Shown in pieces: positions 12,052 to 25,143 of a stretch of 64,000 bases of DNA (positions are counted from its first letter, which is position 1; every line of letters begins with the position of its first letter). A program made the position numbers and the translations under genes. The notes under the pieces are model-generated. The model ran no database searches and had not been told where the DNA came from. It saw only the letters and a program-made list of their open reading frames with translations. The DNA comes from Octopus sinensis (taxonomy: Eukaryota): NCBI RefSeq assembly GCF_006345805.1, contig NC_043002.1, positions 9,920,001 to 9,984,000 on the forward strand, given 5' to 3'.

Positions 12052-13850
12052 TCTTGATACAGGAACGCCTCTAGGGATAATAGAGGAACCCCACTGTCCA
12101 CGTTTTCCCTGAAACCCTAGGAATAAGTGCCCTCTCTAATTCCTTATCTCCGACTCTACACTTAGAGAGTTACCATCTACTCTTATCATTTTCGCATCTT
12201 TCACCCACCTTTCAATAAGTTCACTCGAGAACAGCACTTCCCTCTCTGCTCTCAATCTCCTTTTGAAGTGAAACTTGAAAAAGTAAATGAGAGCTCTACC
12301 AAAGAGGAAAATATCTGTCCTCATGTCTTTCACCTCAGCCACCAAGCTAAGATAAACTGACTTGTCTGCCCGATTGAAGGAGGGCGGTGATGCAGTCATC
12401 ATTACAAACTCGGTGGTCGATAGACAGATCCATCCCAAACGTGACAACAGTTGTTCAACATAAACCCAAAAGTCACCAATGCTCGAACACTGAACGAGGG
12501 CGTGCAGAACGGTCTCGTCACACTGCGCGCATCATTCGTGCCTGTAGAGCTTGCTTCGAACCGGTAGTGCCCGGTAGTACTGCCAGGCCAATGACATCTG
12601 GAAATTGGCCGTGATAGTTTCCGACCGGAAAATCCTCCGAAACAGACTAGTCGGTTCGTTCTCGTCGGTGCGCAGAGTCTTCCCGAGAACGTCGTCGCAC
12701 TTCCCCGCCACTCATCCTCTATAAAGTTTGAAAGCGGAACACCCACCGATCCCATTGTCTGATTGGTAGAGGGTTGAGAGCACGTGACGACATTCTAGGT
12801 GCCAGTCTGCTCAAGCAGTAACCGGGACAAGGCACGACGGTCAGGTGATAGATGATAACGGGAGAGATGTAAACATTCGCCACCTATGTCCGACCTTTCA
12901 GGGACAGCATTCTTTCAGCCAATGTCTGAGTAAGACTGACCACACTGTTCGCCACCTCGTTCCAGTTCTTATCAATATGGAGGTCGTGAACAAACCAGAC
13001 CCCGAAAACGTTGCATCGTTCTGTAAGGATGCCCCTAAGCTGTTCCAACTACGGCAGCAGTAGCTTCAGTTCCAATACGCACAGAAGAAGCGACATCGGG
13101 CAGCCCTGATGGACCAAGCGTGCGATGCCAAACGGCTCCGATAGGGGGCCGTTTACTTTGACCACTGAACAGGTGCTGCTATGCATTGCGGCATTCCAGC
13201 CTCTGAAAACGTGTCCGAAACCGCCTGTTTTCCGGACGGTTTCCAAGTAGTGATGGTCGACATTATCGAATACTTTCTATTGATCCAAATGGATCAGAGC
13301 ATCCCCGAAGCTAGCTGTGGTCTCAGCCCCTCTATGATGTATCGCATAAGGTGGAGGTTGTCCTCGATAGACCTGCTCAGGATTGTGCACGTTTGCGCTT
13401 CTCCGACTAGGCTACCGACAACTAGGACCAGCAACCTGACACCCAGATCCAAGACGATTGCCTTTAATTCGAGATCTAAGGATTTTCAGAATGGCACTGA
13501 TATCCCACCGCTCACTCCCGACAGACCACATGATGAGAATTTCTCATAGTCATCGAAAATGGATGCTAATGCTTGCGCATTAGAAATCCTTGTCTCGCTA
13601 ATTGCAGCCGCATCTAAATCAAGTGAACTGGGGTCGTTTAGCAAGTGACCCTGCTTCCAAGGTGATACCAGGCCACGAACATACAAACACTCTACATTGA
13701 AAACGATCATGTTTATCGGAGAAACAAAGTGGAAGTAGGTCACTTACTTTGGAGGGTCGGCTGAGGCATTGTCATTAATGAAGGGCCTTCCTAAAGTCCT
13801 CTTACCTAGCTTTAACCTAAAAAGCCCAATGCCGTTTGGGTATTTTTCTT
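12052..13850 (-). mobile_element. Tx1/L1-clade LINE, internally deleted and degenerate, in intron 1 of gene A
   Basis: APE start (LYVRGL...AISETR), RT fragments and C-terminus homologous to ORF2 at 49585-52985. Confidence 0.85.
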
Positions 13851-14056
13851 TAAGTTCTAGATAAGCTTATATGCGATCGTGCGTGTACATACGTGTGTTT
13901 TGTGTGTATATCTTGCATTATTTTTATGTGAAATATAAAACTTGAGAAATGAAAAATTAAAAACTTTCCCATTATCAGTGAAATTCCCCATTCTATTAAG
14001 ATATATGCCTTACATATGTTTAATATTGTGAGTGTTTTAAAACATTAAATACTTAA

Positions 14057-14276
14057 CCATTTCAACTCAGAGTATTTTCTCAAGAATCTCTTCTCAAGTC
14101 GGTAATGGCGTGGGATTTATAGGCATGCGATCCTTTTGAGCTGTCATTATAGTCTCATACACTCGGATCAACCGTTTGGTGCTACATACCAGAAGAATCG
14201 GAGCGGTACTATACTGCATTACATAGGCTGTAAAATTTTTGACTGGTACAAATATGTACCAGTCAGGCCGAAAGGG
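14057..14276. mobile_element. piggyBac-like non-autonomous element (MITE)
   Basis: TTAA at 14053-14056 and 14277-14280; termini cc(a/c)tttc...gaaaggg; single TTAA empty site at paralog 63099-63102. Confidence 0.8.
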
Positions 14277-14308
14277 TTAAATAAATAACGAACCACACTT
14301 TCCCTTAC

Positions 14309-14360
14309 CTTATACTCTTGAAGACTGCTGCCTTAGAAATATGGAATGATATATATAAAT
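14309..14360 (-). promoter_or_regulatory. Candidate core promoter and short non-coding exon 1 of gene A
   Basis: Strong donor AAG|GTAAGG at 14308, TATATAT ~14350-14356, Inr-like gcAgtc at 14326; donor and TATA conserved at 63132-63180. Confidence 0.5.
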
Positions 14361-15008
14361 TTTGAATTTCTTCTCAACGACAACGCATTGCGGATAGCAG
14401 CTGTTTCATAATAAATAAAACTTCAGATCATTCTGACAGTAGACATTCAGCGATAAACATCACGTGTGCCGTAAAATATTATTATTATGCCCTAGAGCCT
14501 ACTTCCCTATATTTCTCTCGATTTCCGCCCAAAACTTCTCTGTGTGTGTATTATACGTACAGCAATTATCTTTCAACGACTCGTGATCTACAGATTATTC
14601 CAAGAAAATAAGGAAGAATTTCCCATATATTTAACTAGTTATTCTTTATGTTTTATTATTCTACTCGTTTCGGTCATTCAACTTCGACCATCGTGGGACA
14701 CCACACCGAACACATGCACCAGAATACTTATATTATTTTAAGTTTCTAACTCCTACGTTACGGAGAGGTAAACAAGCGGACATTGGTTGGAAAGTACGTG
14801 AAGACAAGCACTCACGCGCACTGACCCCCCCACACACACTCTCTCTCTCACACACACGCAAATATTTTGTGAAGATGATTCTCGAAGTACGTATAAAGCT
14901 ATAAACACCAACATGTAAATACAAGTAAATACACGTAAATACATTTTCGACTGAAAAATCTTTTTCAGTAGAAAAACTATATTTATATGTGTGTGTGTGA
15001 GCTCGTGT

Positions 15009-15009
<1 letters not shown>

Positions 15010-15096
<87 letters not shown>

Positions 15097-15179
15097 GTAC
15101 CAACCAACCAACCTACCTACCTACCTACCTACCTACCTACCTATCTATCTACCTACTACCTACCTACCTACCTACCTAC

Positions 15180-15255
<76 letters not shown>
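15010..15255. repeat. (TATC)n/(TACC)n compound microsatellite
   Basis: Direct reading. Confidence 0.95.
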
Positions 15256-15256
<1 letters not shown>

Positions 15257-17272
15257 GATCAATCGAAAGCTTTCGATAGGGTAGACCATCGATACTTGGA
15301 GGCTGTCCTCAGAGCGGCTGGCTTCGGTCCCGTCTTCCGCGGCTGGATAGCCGCTTTGTACAGAGGCATCCGTTCGGTAATTCGCGTAAATGGACATCTA
15401 TCGAGACCTTTCGACATCGCACGTTCGGTCCGTCAGGGATGCTCCCTCTCGTCGCTTCTCTACGTATTGACTCTCGAGCCATTATTGCGGAAGCTGGCAA
15501 CTCTGAGGGGCATCCCGCGAGAATTGGGATGCGGGACGAGCGTGTCTGCATACGCGGACGACGTCATCGTCATAGTGTCTAGCCACGAGCACATCGAGCT
15601 GGTCGGCAAAACACTGAAGGACTACGAAGCGGTGACAGGAGCGAAAATCAACCGGGAAAAATCCGTGGGCTTGCGACACGGCACCTGGAGAAGCAAGCCC
15701 ATGCCGTTCGCCAGCGTCTCCGTCGAGGGACACTGGACCGACGGTCCGGTCGAGTTACTCGGGATCTGGTTTGGTCCGGACCTCCAAATGGAGAAGAACT
15801 GGAACGAGATAACGAGTAGGGTGGTCACTCTCGCCCGGCAATGGGCCGAGAGGAAACTGTCCCTTAAAGGTCGGGCGGAGGTGGCGAACTCGTACATCGC
15901 GTCCGTCATCTACTACCGCCTGACCATCGTGCCTTGTCCCGACCCTACTATCACCAAACTAGAATGCATTCTCTTTCGCTTCTTGTGGAAAGGATGCATC
16001 CCGATGGTCAGACGATCCATTTGCTGTCAACACCCGTTAAAAGGAGGACTGGGCATGCCATGGTTGATGATGCGCAGACACGCGCTGAGACTGCGACATC
16101 TCAGGCTCTTCGTAGACGACGGTGAACAGGTGTGGTCGCCGTTTGTGAGGCACGCTTTCCCGCAACTCGTCTCCATAACCGAACTGCAGTCGTGGATCAA
16201 AAAGAGGCCGAGGAAGGGCGAATGGCACCGCGAGTGTCGCGTTGCTCTCAAGCAACTATACCGTCCCGAGTCGACGTTGAGGGACTTCAACACAACCAAA
16301 GCATTCTATAGGAGATTAGAGGAGGGGCGGTACGACGACGAGCTCGGGGCGAACCTGGACGTCGACTAGGAATATCTGACCCACCTGTTCGGGACGAATT
16401 TCGGGCCAGGGCCCATGGACAACTTCCAGAGATCCCTGACCTGGAAGTCCTAGCGAGAAGCGCTACCCGTTCGGGATAAGCTCTGCAGACACGGCTCGAG
16501 AAACGCGGGGCCGACCTGCCCGAGATGCGGTCAGAGCGACGAAACCGTTCTGCACGCAATCGTGCAGTGTCCAACATTTTCCGACCTGTGGACTTATGTC
16601 GAACAACTGCTGTCACGTGTGGGACGAGTCGGTTTATCAGCCGAGTCTATCGTCAATATTGTCACGCCTCCTTCCTTCAAACGAGAAGGAAGAGCTATTT
16701 TCATCATCCTTGTGACTATGGCGAAAGAATGTATCTGGTGGACGCGTTTGAAAGGATTTGCGACAAACACTTTCCTCTCTGGTCAATCTCTCATCAACTT
16801 TTTCAAGTGATACTTGAAAAGGAAAGTGAGAGTAGAGAGGCAAGTTTTATCTAGCGAATGTTTCAAAAAAAAAAAAAAAAGATGGGTGAATGTAGCAAGG
16901 ATGGCACGAATGTATGACGAAGCCACCTTGAGCATAATACTATGAACCCGGAAAATTTAAAACAGAGGGTTACCTAATTGCAAACAAATGTGGTAACATG
17001 TAACATTATTGACCGAGGTTACCGTGGTCTTTTCCGTAGGCTTTTCTTCCCACGGATAAACCTTATCTGCTTCCCCCTTCACACTTTACATCATGACACT
17101 GTGATACACGATCCCTATTGATCGTTTTTTTTCTTTCCTCTTTTTTCCTTTCCCTTTTACGATCCCTTTTGATCAAAAACCTACCCCACATTTTTTTCTC
17201 TCCTCCAAAAAGAAAAGCTCTACTTTATAATCTATCCCGTCTCTGTGCAGCCCTGTGTGGCTAATAAAGAAA
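15256..17272 (+). mobile_element. 5'-truncated Tx1/L1-clade LINE (RT and zinc-finger region)
   Basis: [24 protein letters not shown] and CPRC...ETVLHAIVQC; premature stop at 16369; tail ctaataaagaaa. Confidence 0.9.
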
Positions 17273-17321
17273 CATACCTACCTACCTACCTACCTACCTA
17301 CCTACCTACCTACCTACCTAC

Positions 17322-17369
<48 letters not shown>

Positions 17370-17411
17370 ATCTATCTATCTATCTACCTACCTACCTACC
17401 TACCTACCTAC

Positions 17412-17459
<48 letters not shown>

Positions 17460-17460
17460 A
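17273..17460. repeat. (TACC)n/(TATC)n compound microsatellite
   Basis: Direct reading. Confidence 0.95.
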
Positions 17461-17819
17461 TACATAAATTTCCGCTAATTTTATGGGGTAATACACAAGC
17501 ACCCCACATTAAGTGCATTGCATTTTAGTAGCAGAAACAGCTGTAAGCTTATGATGTTCATGACAGGGTTTCTTATTCCTCAGTGATTTATCTAATTTCT
17601 TATTACCCATCTGTGCAGAACTGAGGTGATTTTTTAAAAATCTGAAGTATGTACATATTTATTTGAAAGAATTTGTGAAAATTATTTATTAGTTTTGAAG
17701 TATAAAGGGTACTCTTAAAAATCATATTTTAAAAAATTATAAAAAGTTTTATCAGTATGTTACTAACCTCTTTGGAAGAAGTTTTTTCAAGTGTGGGTGA
17801 GTGCTTTCGATTAATCTAA

Positions 17820-17988
<169 letters not shown>

Positions 17989-18056
17989 AACTTTAAATTA
18001 GAAAATTACTATTTGTAAATCTCACAACGAGAGATATTCAGCATCAGTACTTTGGA

Positions 18057-18320
18057 GTAAAGATTGTTTGCCGACATAACACGGCAGTCCTGGTTTAGGA
18101 GGAATATCGCTGTAATTAGCCCCAGAACACATCGTCTCCAGCTGGTTATACGACACGATCTGTCTCCTTATATTTTGTATAACAAGATTCACTTGTCCGC
18201 AAATATAAGGACACAGATCGTGTCGTATTATGAGTTGGAGACGATGTCTCCTGGGGCTAAATTACAGCAACATTCGTCCTAAACCAGGACTCTCATGTTA
18301 TGTTGGCAAACAATCTTTAC
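18057..18320. repeat. Palindromic (fold-back) MITE-like element
   Basis: ~115-bp imperfect inverted arms with a ~25-nt spacer. Confidence 0.75.
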
Positions 18321-18414
18321 ACTTTAAATTATCTTACTCCACCAAATTTTGAACTTATCCTGGGTTACATTCGTTCATATTTCATAGACTGGCTAAATGA
18401 ATAAATAATCTTTT

Positions 18415-18830
18415 AATCTTTTACCTTTTACTTGTTTCAGTCATTTGACTGCGGCCATGCTGGAGCACCGCCTTTAGTCGAGCAAATCGACCCGGGACTA
18501 ATTCTTTGTAAGCCCAGTACTTATTCTATCGGTCTATTTTGCCGAACCGCTAAGTGACGGGGACGTAAACACACCAGCATCGGTTGTCAAGCAATGCTAG
18601 GGAGACAAACACAGACACACAAACACATACACACACACACACATATATATATAAATACATATATACGACAGGCTTCTTTCAGTTTCCGTCTACCAAATCC
18701 ACTCACAAGGCATTGGTCGGCCCGGGGCTATAGCAGAAGACACTTGCCCAAGATGCCACGCAGTGGGACTGAACCCGGAACCATGTGGTTGGTTAGCAGG
18801 CTACTTACCACACAGCCACTCCTGCGCCTA
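18415..18830 (-). mobile_element. tRNA-derived SINE family B (CORE-like) with internal CA/TA repeat
   Basis: Head taggcgcaggagtggctgtgtggtaag, CORE-like cttgggcaagtgtcttc, tail ...aagtaaaag; several copies in the window. Confidence 0.9.
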
Positions 18831-18969
18831 TTGTAATTTTTTTGAATTTTTTTCTGTAGTTGTACACTATTACCTACAGTCCCGAAATTTATGAATTTTT
18901 TTATACTTGTATATAATTACAACCGCTTAAAAATATTCTTACAATATCATGAATAAGTTTATTGTTTTT

Positions 18970-19520
18970 TATTTATGGGCCTTTTTCAAGCCTAGCCAGG
19001 CTCATGGACCCTGTTTCCCGGTTTCTGTGGGGTATGTGTTCCCCCCAGCTGGACAGGACGCCAGTCCATCGCAGCGTTACTCAAAAAACAGGAAGAAAGA
19101 ATGACAGAAAGTTGGGGCGAAAGAGTACAACAGGGGTCGCCACCACTCCCTGTCGCAGCCTCGTGGAACTTTTAGGTGTTTTCGCTCAATAAACACACAC
19201 AACGCCCGGTCTGGGAATCGAAACCGCGAGTCCGCTGCCCTAACCACTGGGCCATTGCGCCTCCAAAAAATGTGCCTTCTCGAGTCATGTCTTGCTCCTA
19301 AGGGTCAGTTTCCCGGTTTCAGTGGCGTAGAAATTCCCCACCTGGACGGGACGCCGGTCCGTCGCAGGATTACTCATTTTTGCCAGCTGAGTGGACTGGA
19401 GCAACGTGAAGTGATGCGTTTTGCTCAAGACCACAGCGCATCCCCCGGTCCAGGAATCGAAACCACAACCTTACGATCATGAGTTAAACAACCTAACCAC
19501 AAAGCCACGTGCCTCCACTA
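18970..19520 (-). mobile_element. Two adjacent tRNA-derived SINEs (family A types)
   Basis: Heads end at ~19265 and ~19515; bodies shared with 8020-8270 and 45870-46180. Confidence 0.8.
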
Positions 19521-19794
19521 TGAATAATTTTATGATCTTATTTAATATTCTGGATCCGTGCGTAATCTCTGATGAAGGAAATATGTGTAGGATTTATCTA
19601 CACATATCTACACACATTCCCGGAAATGGCTGTAAGAATCTTTCGTATGGATTCGTTTGAGGACTTCTCTTTGGGTTATTATGAACCGCCATCTCATCAG
19701 CTTGAGACATTTTGATTTGTTTGTATGTTGTATGCAATACTTCATCCGACTTTGACTTGGGCATGACACTACACTATAATATGTATGTGTGTAT

Positions 19795-19958
<164 letters not shown>

Positions 19959-19961
19959 ATA

Positions 19962-20028
<67 letters not shown>

Positions 20029-20220
20029 TTATATGTTGTATGTTCGCATATTCATAATGGCTTATATATACCTTCTGCGTTTAGATATATATGTCAGCTT
20101 TGATAAGGAGTATTAACGACCTCAAATTTGTCTCTTTCTAATTAATGGTCTAATCGCTCAATAAATTAAGCCCTACAGTGTCGTCTCTTGAAAAGAGTTC
20201 ACCTCTTTGATTTTTCATTA

Positions 20221-20312
<92 letters not shown>

Positions 20313-20336
20313 ATATATGTATACATACACAAATTT

Positions 20337-20867
20337 TATAATTATAAGCATAATTATAATTAGGGTTCAGCAAACTGCTTCACCACATACCGAAATTTAG
20401 AAACACCAGTTAAAAACTATTCTTCTACCATAAGATATCTCCCAGAGAGCAATACTCTTAATTCGCGTAGATAAATTACGAATCCACCCGGCTTTGATCA
20501 ACCGCATACGCGTTTCTGGATTAAAGAGATGTAAAATTTTTATTTTTACTCACTTATTTCCTTGTTCAGTGTAGTATTTCAATTGTAAATTTGAGAGTAC
20601 TAATAATTAAATACGTATTCGACCACTGAAGAAGGAAAAAAGTGAGTAAAAATAAAAAATTTACATCTCTTTAATCCAGAAACGCATTTGTGGTTGATCA
20701 AAGCCTGGTGGATTCGTTATTTTTTCTCTTTACCTACGTGAATTAAGAGTATTGCTCTCTGGGAGATATCTTATGATAGAGGAATAGTTTTTAACTACTA
20801 TTTCTAAATATCGGTATGTGGTGAAGCAATTTGCTGAACCCTAATTATAATTATGCTTATAATTATA
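20337..20867. repeat. Inverted pair of Penelope-like LTR fragments
   Basis: ~235-bp imperfect inverted arms, ~50-nt spacer; each arm has a degenerate CTGAAGA...GAAAcgcgTA motif. Confidence 0.7.
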
Positions 20868-21141
20868 GAATTTTTGTTTAAGGTTACCGATAAAGGTTAC
20901 TGTAACATGCCAAACTACTCGGTGAAATTATTAATTATTAATTAATTAATTAATTTTACCCTTTATTATTATTGAATATATATATGAATCAAATGGGGTG
21001 ATTATAATCAAAATAAGCAACAAGGATATTGCTTATTATGATTATAATCACCCCATTTGATTTATATGGCTAATACCATACAAAATTCTGGTGCCTTTAA
21101 CTTAAGTACCATATTCATCTGAATCTAAATTTTGCTGAACT

Positions 21142-21172
<31 letters not shown>

Positions 21173-21717
21173 GTATTAGACTTGGGCATAACGGGACTAA
21201 CTTGGTGTGGAACTCAATATACGTATGGTCGAGAACACAGTAATGTTATACGAGTATAGAATGCTAACAAGAAACAAGGAAATGACACAAGGGACATCAG
21301 GTGTTATGTTATATTCATTACATAAACTTCATTATCTTGTAGTTGTTTATTCAATGAGATGTGATGGACGCTTCGTCGTTGAATACCCGGATAACATTCT
21401 ATAGCTTCATCAGACCCTTGGATATGAAGTACACATTATTTGGGTAATTTACATTTTCAGTGAGAAAGTTTAGGATGATGGTCATAGAATGTTCTATTCC
21501 AAGGTACAAAGATATATTCAAATATAGCGCATGCGCTTAGGGTAGAGTTAAAAGGGAAGTATATGAGGAGATGCGTACGCTCGGTTTTTGGTTTATGTCT
21601 ATCACTGCTTGAGCTACATAATAGTGGTTTTATCTCTAATTTATATATTATATATTTATATTCTGAAATTTGATTTAATACTAAATTGAATTTTCCCTGT
21701 AAGTTTCCCTAGATATA

Positions 21718-23995
21718 CTAGCAGTAAAACCCATGGTTGATCGGGAACCACATGGAAAGTATTATTATATTTATAATTTACTCCTCCTGTATGGGTGGAA
21801 ACCATGGAATAATTGAAGTTGAAGAAAGATGAAGATCATGAATGAACTTGTGTTTATTTAAGATATTACAATAATAAGCGGGCTGTATGTGTTATTTTAT
21901 TTCTCTGTACAGTAATGGCAATGATATAATATTTTTATAAGAGAAAGTCATGAAATTATTGAAGTAGAAAAAAGATCATTCTTATACAAGAATTTCTGTT
22001 TGTTTATTACATGATAATGATAAGTGAGATGTATGTTTTATTTTATTTACCAATAGAGTAACGGCAATTATATAATACAGTTTCCTGAAATAGGTAATTT
22101 ACTCATTCTTGAATGTAATGGTAGTAGTGGTAAATGAAGCTACTGAAGTATTCATGTTGCATTAAGAATGAATATTTCTCTATGAACAATGTGTTTTGTT
22201 TTATTCCGGGTTACACAAAGCTTTTTTACAGTGAGAATGTTCGAGTCAAAGGAAATTGTGCACAATTCACCTTGTACCATTGCATAATTTTGATACAAAA
22301 TATGGAGTAGCATAAAGGCGTCCTTTTTTTCAACTGAATAAAATGAGGATCTGTACCTAGTTGAAGAATTCGATGGGGTAGTTGACACTAACCTTATCAT
22401 CAACAACATTCCTCTTTTTGTGCCTTATTATTTAACACAATCACCGGTAAAATTTCCACTTATTTCTTATTTTTATTTTCTAAAATTTGCAACCTTTTCA
22501 ATAGTTTTGACTCTCAAAACTATTGAAAAGGTTGCAACACGCGACGAAAACTTTAGAAAATAAAAATAAGAAATAAGTGGAATTTTTATCGGTGATTGTG
22601 TTAAATAATAAGGCACAAAAAGAAAATGACTCTCCCCAGACACAACAGAATATGCTTCAACACACGAACCCATATAAAGAATCTTGCAAACCAAATCCAA
22701 AAATGAAATTGTCAATTTAGTTATAAGTGAAGACATCTGGAAGTTTATTCGATACATATTATTAATGGCATGTAGGGGAATATGTTTTGGAGCCAGTATA
22801 GCTCTGTCACCGATGTAATCTGTATTATTGTAACTATGAAGAAGATTAGGAAAGGTTTCCTACATCAAATCATCGACGGAATCAGTTGAATTATATATTG
22901 CATTGAGTGTAAGAAACTGTTCTTCATCAATTGAAAGTCTCCCTTCACCGAGTTTCAAAAGCTGCTCTGAAAATCGTTCAGCTGATTGATGTCTGGAATG
23001 CTTCGATCTCATATTTGTTGAACGTTGAAGAGTTTTCACATGATACCATAATACAGAAGACTTTATGGAAAGATTGCGCTCATCCACTTCTGTTCCTCAT
23101 GGAACAACTGGTAGTGTTTGTCGGAAGTTTCCTGACGATAATACTATTATTTCCCACCATTGAATTGCAATTTCTAATGCCACGTAATGTTCTTATTTCT
23201 TTATTATCCACAAGGGGCTAAACACAGAGAGGGCAAACAAGGACAGACAAACGGATCAAGTGGATTACATCGACCCCAGTGTGTAACTAGTACTTAATTT
23301 ATCGACCCCGAAAGGATGAAAGGCAAAGTCGACCTCGGCGGAATTTGAACTCAGAACGTAACGGCAGACAAAATACCTATTTCTTTATTACCCACAAGGG
23401 GCTAAACATAGAAGGGATAAACAAAGACAGACATAGGTATTAAGTCGATTACATTGACCTCAGTGCATAACTGGTACTTAATTTATCGACCCCGAAAGGA
23501 TGAAAGGCAAAGTCGACCTCGGCAGAATTTGAACTCAGAACGTAAAGACAGACGAAATACCTATTTCTTTATTACCCACAAGGGGCTAAACATAGAAGGG
23601 ATAAACAAAGACAGACATAGGTATTAAGTCGATTACATCGACCCCAGTGCGTAACTGGTACTTAATTTATCGATCCCGAAAGGATGAAAGGCAAAGTCGA
23701 CCTGGGCGGAATTTGAACTCAGAACGTAAAGACACGCTAAGCATTTCGCCCGGCGCGCTAACGTTTCTGCCAGCTCACCGCCTTGAATGCCACGTAATGT
23801 TCTGTCAACAGTTTCAAAAGCCTTTATGTGGGCCATGGTACATTTGTCCCAGACAATTAAGGGACATCTTTGTATTCCATGTTCACTCATTGCAGAATTT
23901 TTAGATATATTACAAACTGAATCTTGTTTGTTAGATAAATGTAAAAGTAACTTGAATGTTGAATGGGCAGTACTAGCTCCGAGGAGTAATGTTCA
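21718..23995 (-). mobile_element. Helitron remnant: helicase C-terminal part and 3' terminus
   Basis: LIVWDKCTMAHIKAFETVDRTLR, LWYHVKTLQRSTNMR...FSEQLLKLGEG, RAILAP and KTKHIVHREI; terminal hairpin followed by CTAG|T at 21721-21717. Confidence 0.85.
23194..23785 (-). mobile_element. SINE family C, tandem-trimer body, inserted in the Helitron
   Basis: 18-bp TSD aatgccacgtaatgttct at 23176-23193 and 23786-23803; one head plus three ~184-bp bodies. Confidence 0.9.
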
Positions 23996-24516
23996 GAGAG
24001 TGAATGAGAGAAAGAGAGACAGGAAGAGAGATAGAGAGCGATAGACGACGGAAGGAGAGAGAGAGAGACGTAAAGAGAGAGAGAGAGAAAAAAGAGAGAC
24101 ACGAAGAGAGCGATAGACGACGGAAGGAGAGAGAGACGTAAAGAGAGAGAGAGAGAGAAAAAAGAGAGACACGAATAGAGCGATAGACGACGGAAGGAGA
24201 GAGAGACGTAAAGAGAGACACGAAAAGAGCGATAGACGACGGAAGGAGAGAGAGACGTAAAGAGAGAGAGAGAAAAAAAGAGAGACACGAAAAGAGCGAT
24301 AGACGACGGAAGGAGAGAGAGACGTAAAGAGAGAGAGAGAAAAAAGAGAGACACGAAGAGAGCGATAGACGACGGAAGGAGAGAGAGACGTAAAGAGAGA
24401 GAGAAAAAAGAGAGACACGAAGAGAGCGATAGACGATGGAAGGAGAGAGAGAGAGAGACGTAAAGAGAGAGAAAAAAGAGAGACACGAAGAGAGCGATAG
24501 ACGATGGAAGGAGAAG

Positions 24517-24551
<35 letters not shown>

Positions 24552-24914
24552 TAAAAAGAGAGACTCGAAGAGAGCGATAGACGACGGAAGGAGAGAGAGA
24601 CGTAAAGAGAGAGAGAGAGAAAAAAGAGAGACACGAAGAGAGCGATAGACGATGGAAGGAGAGAGAGACGTAAAGAGAGAGAGAGAGAAAAAAGAGAGAC
24701 ACGAAGAGAGCGATAGACGATGGAAGAGAGAGAGACGTAAATAGAGAGAGAAAAAGAGAGACACGAAGAGAGCGATAGACGATGGAAGGAGAGAGAGACG
24801 TAAAGAGAGAGAGAAAAAAGAGAGACACGAAGAGAGCGATAGACGATGGAAGGAGAGAGAGGCGTAAAGAGAGAGAGAAAAAAGAGAGACACGAAGAGAG
24901 CGATAGACGATGGA

Positions 24915-24950
<36 letters not shown>

Positions 24951-25085
24951 AAGAAGAGAGACTCGAAGAGAGCGATAGACGATGGAAGGAGAGAGAGAGA
25001 GAGAGAGAAAAAGAGAGACACGAAGAGAGCGATAGACGATGGAAGGAGAGAGAGAGAGAGAGAGAGAAGAGAGAGAGAGATAAAG

Positions 25086-25143
<58 letters not shown>

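Noticed and set aside
14987-15255. N-terminal YLSI/YLPT repeats fused to an RT ORF
   Set aside because: Microsatellite that happens to be in frame with a 5'-truncated LINE.
23194-23785. Regular repeats resembling a CRISPR array
   Set aside because: Eukaryotic context; ~184-bp SINE units with no unique spacers, bounded by a TSD.
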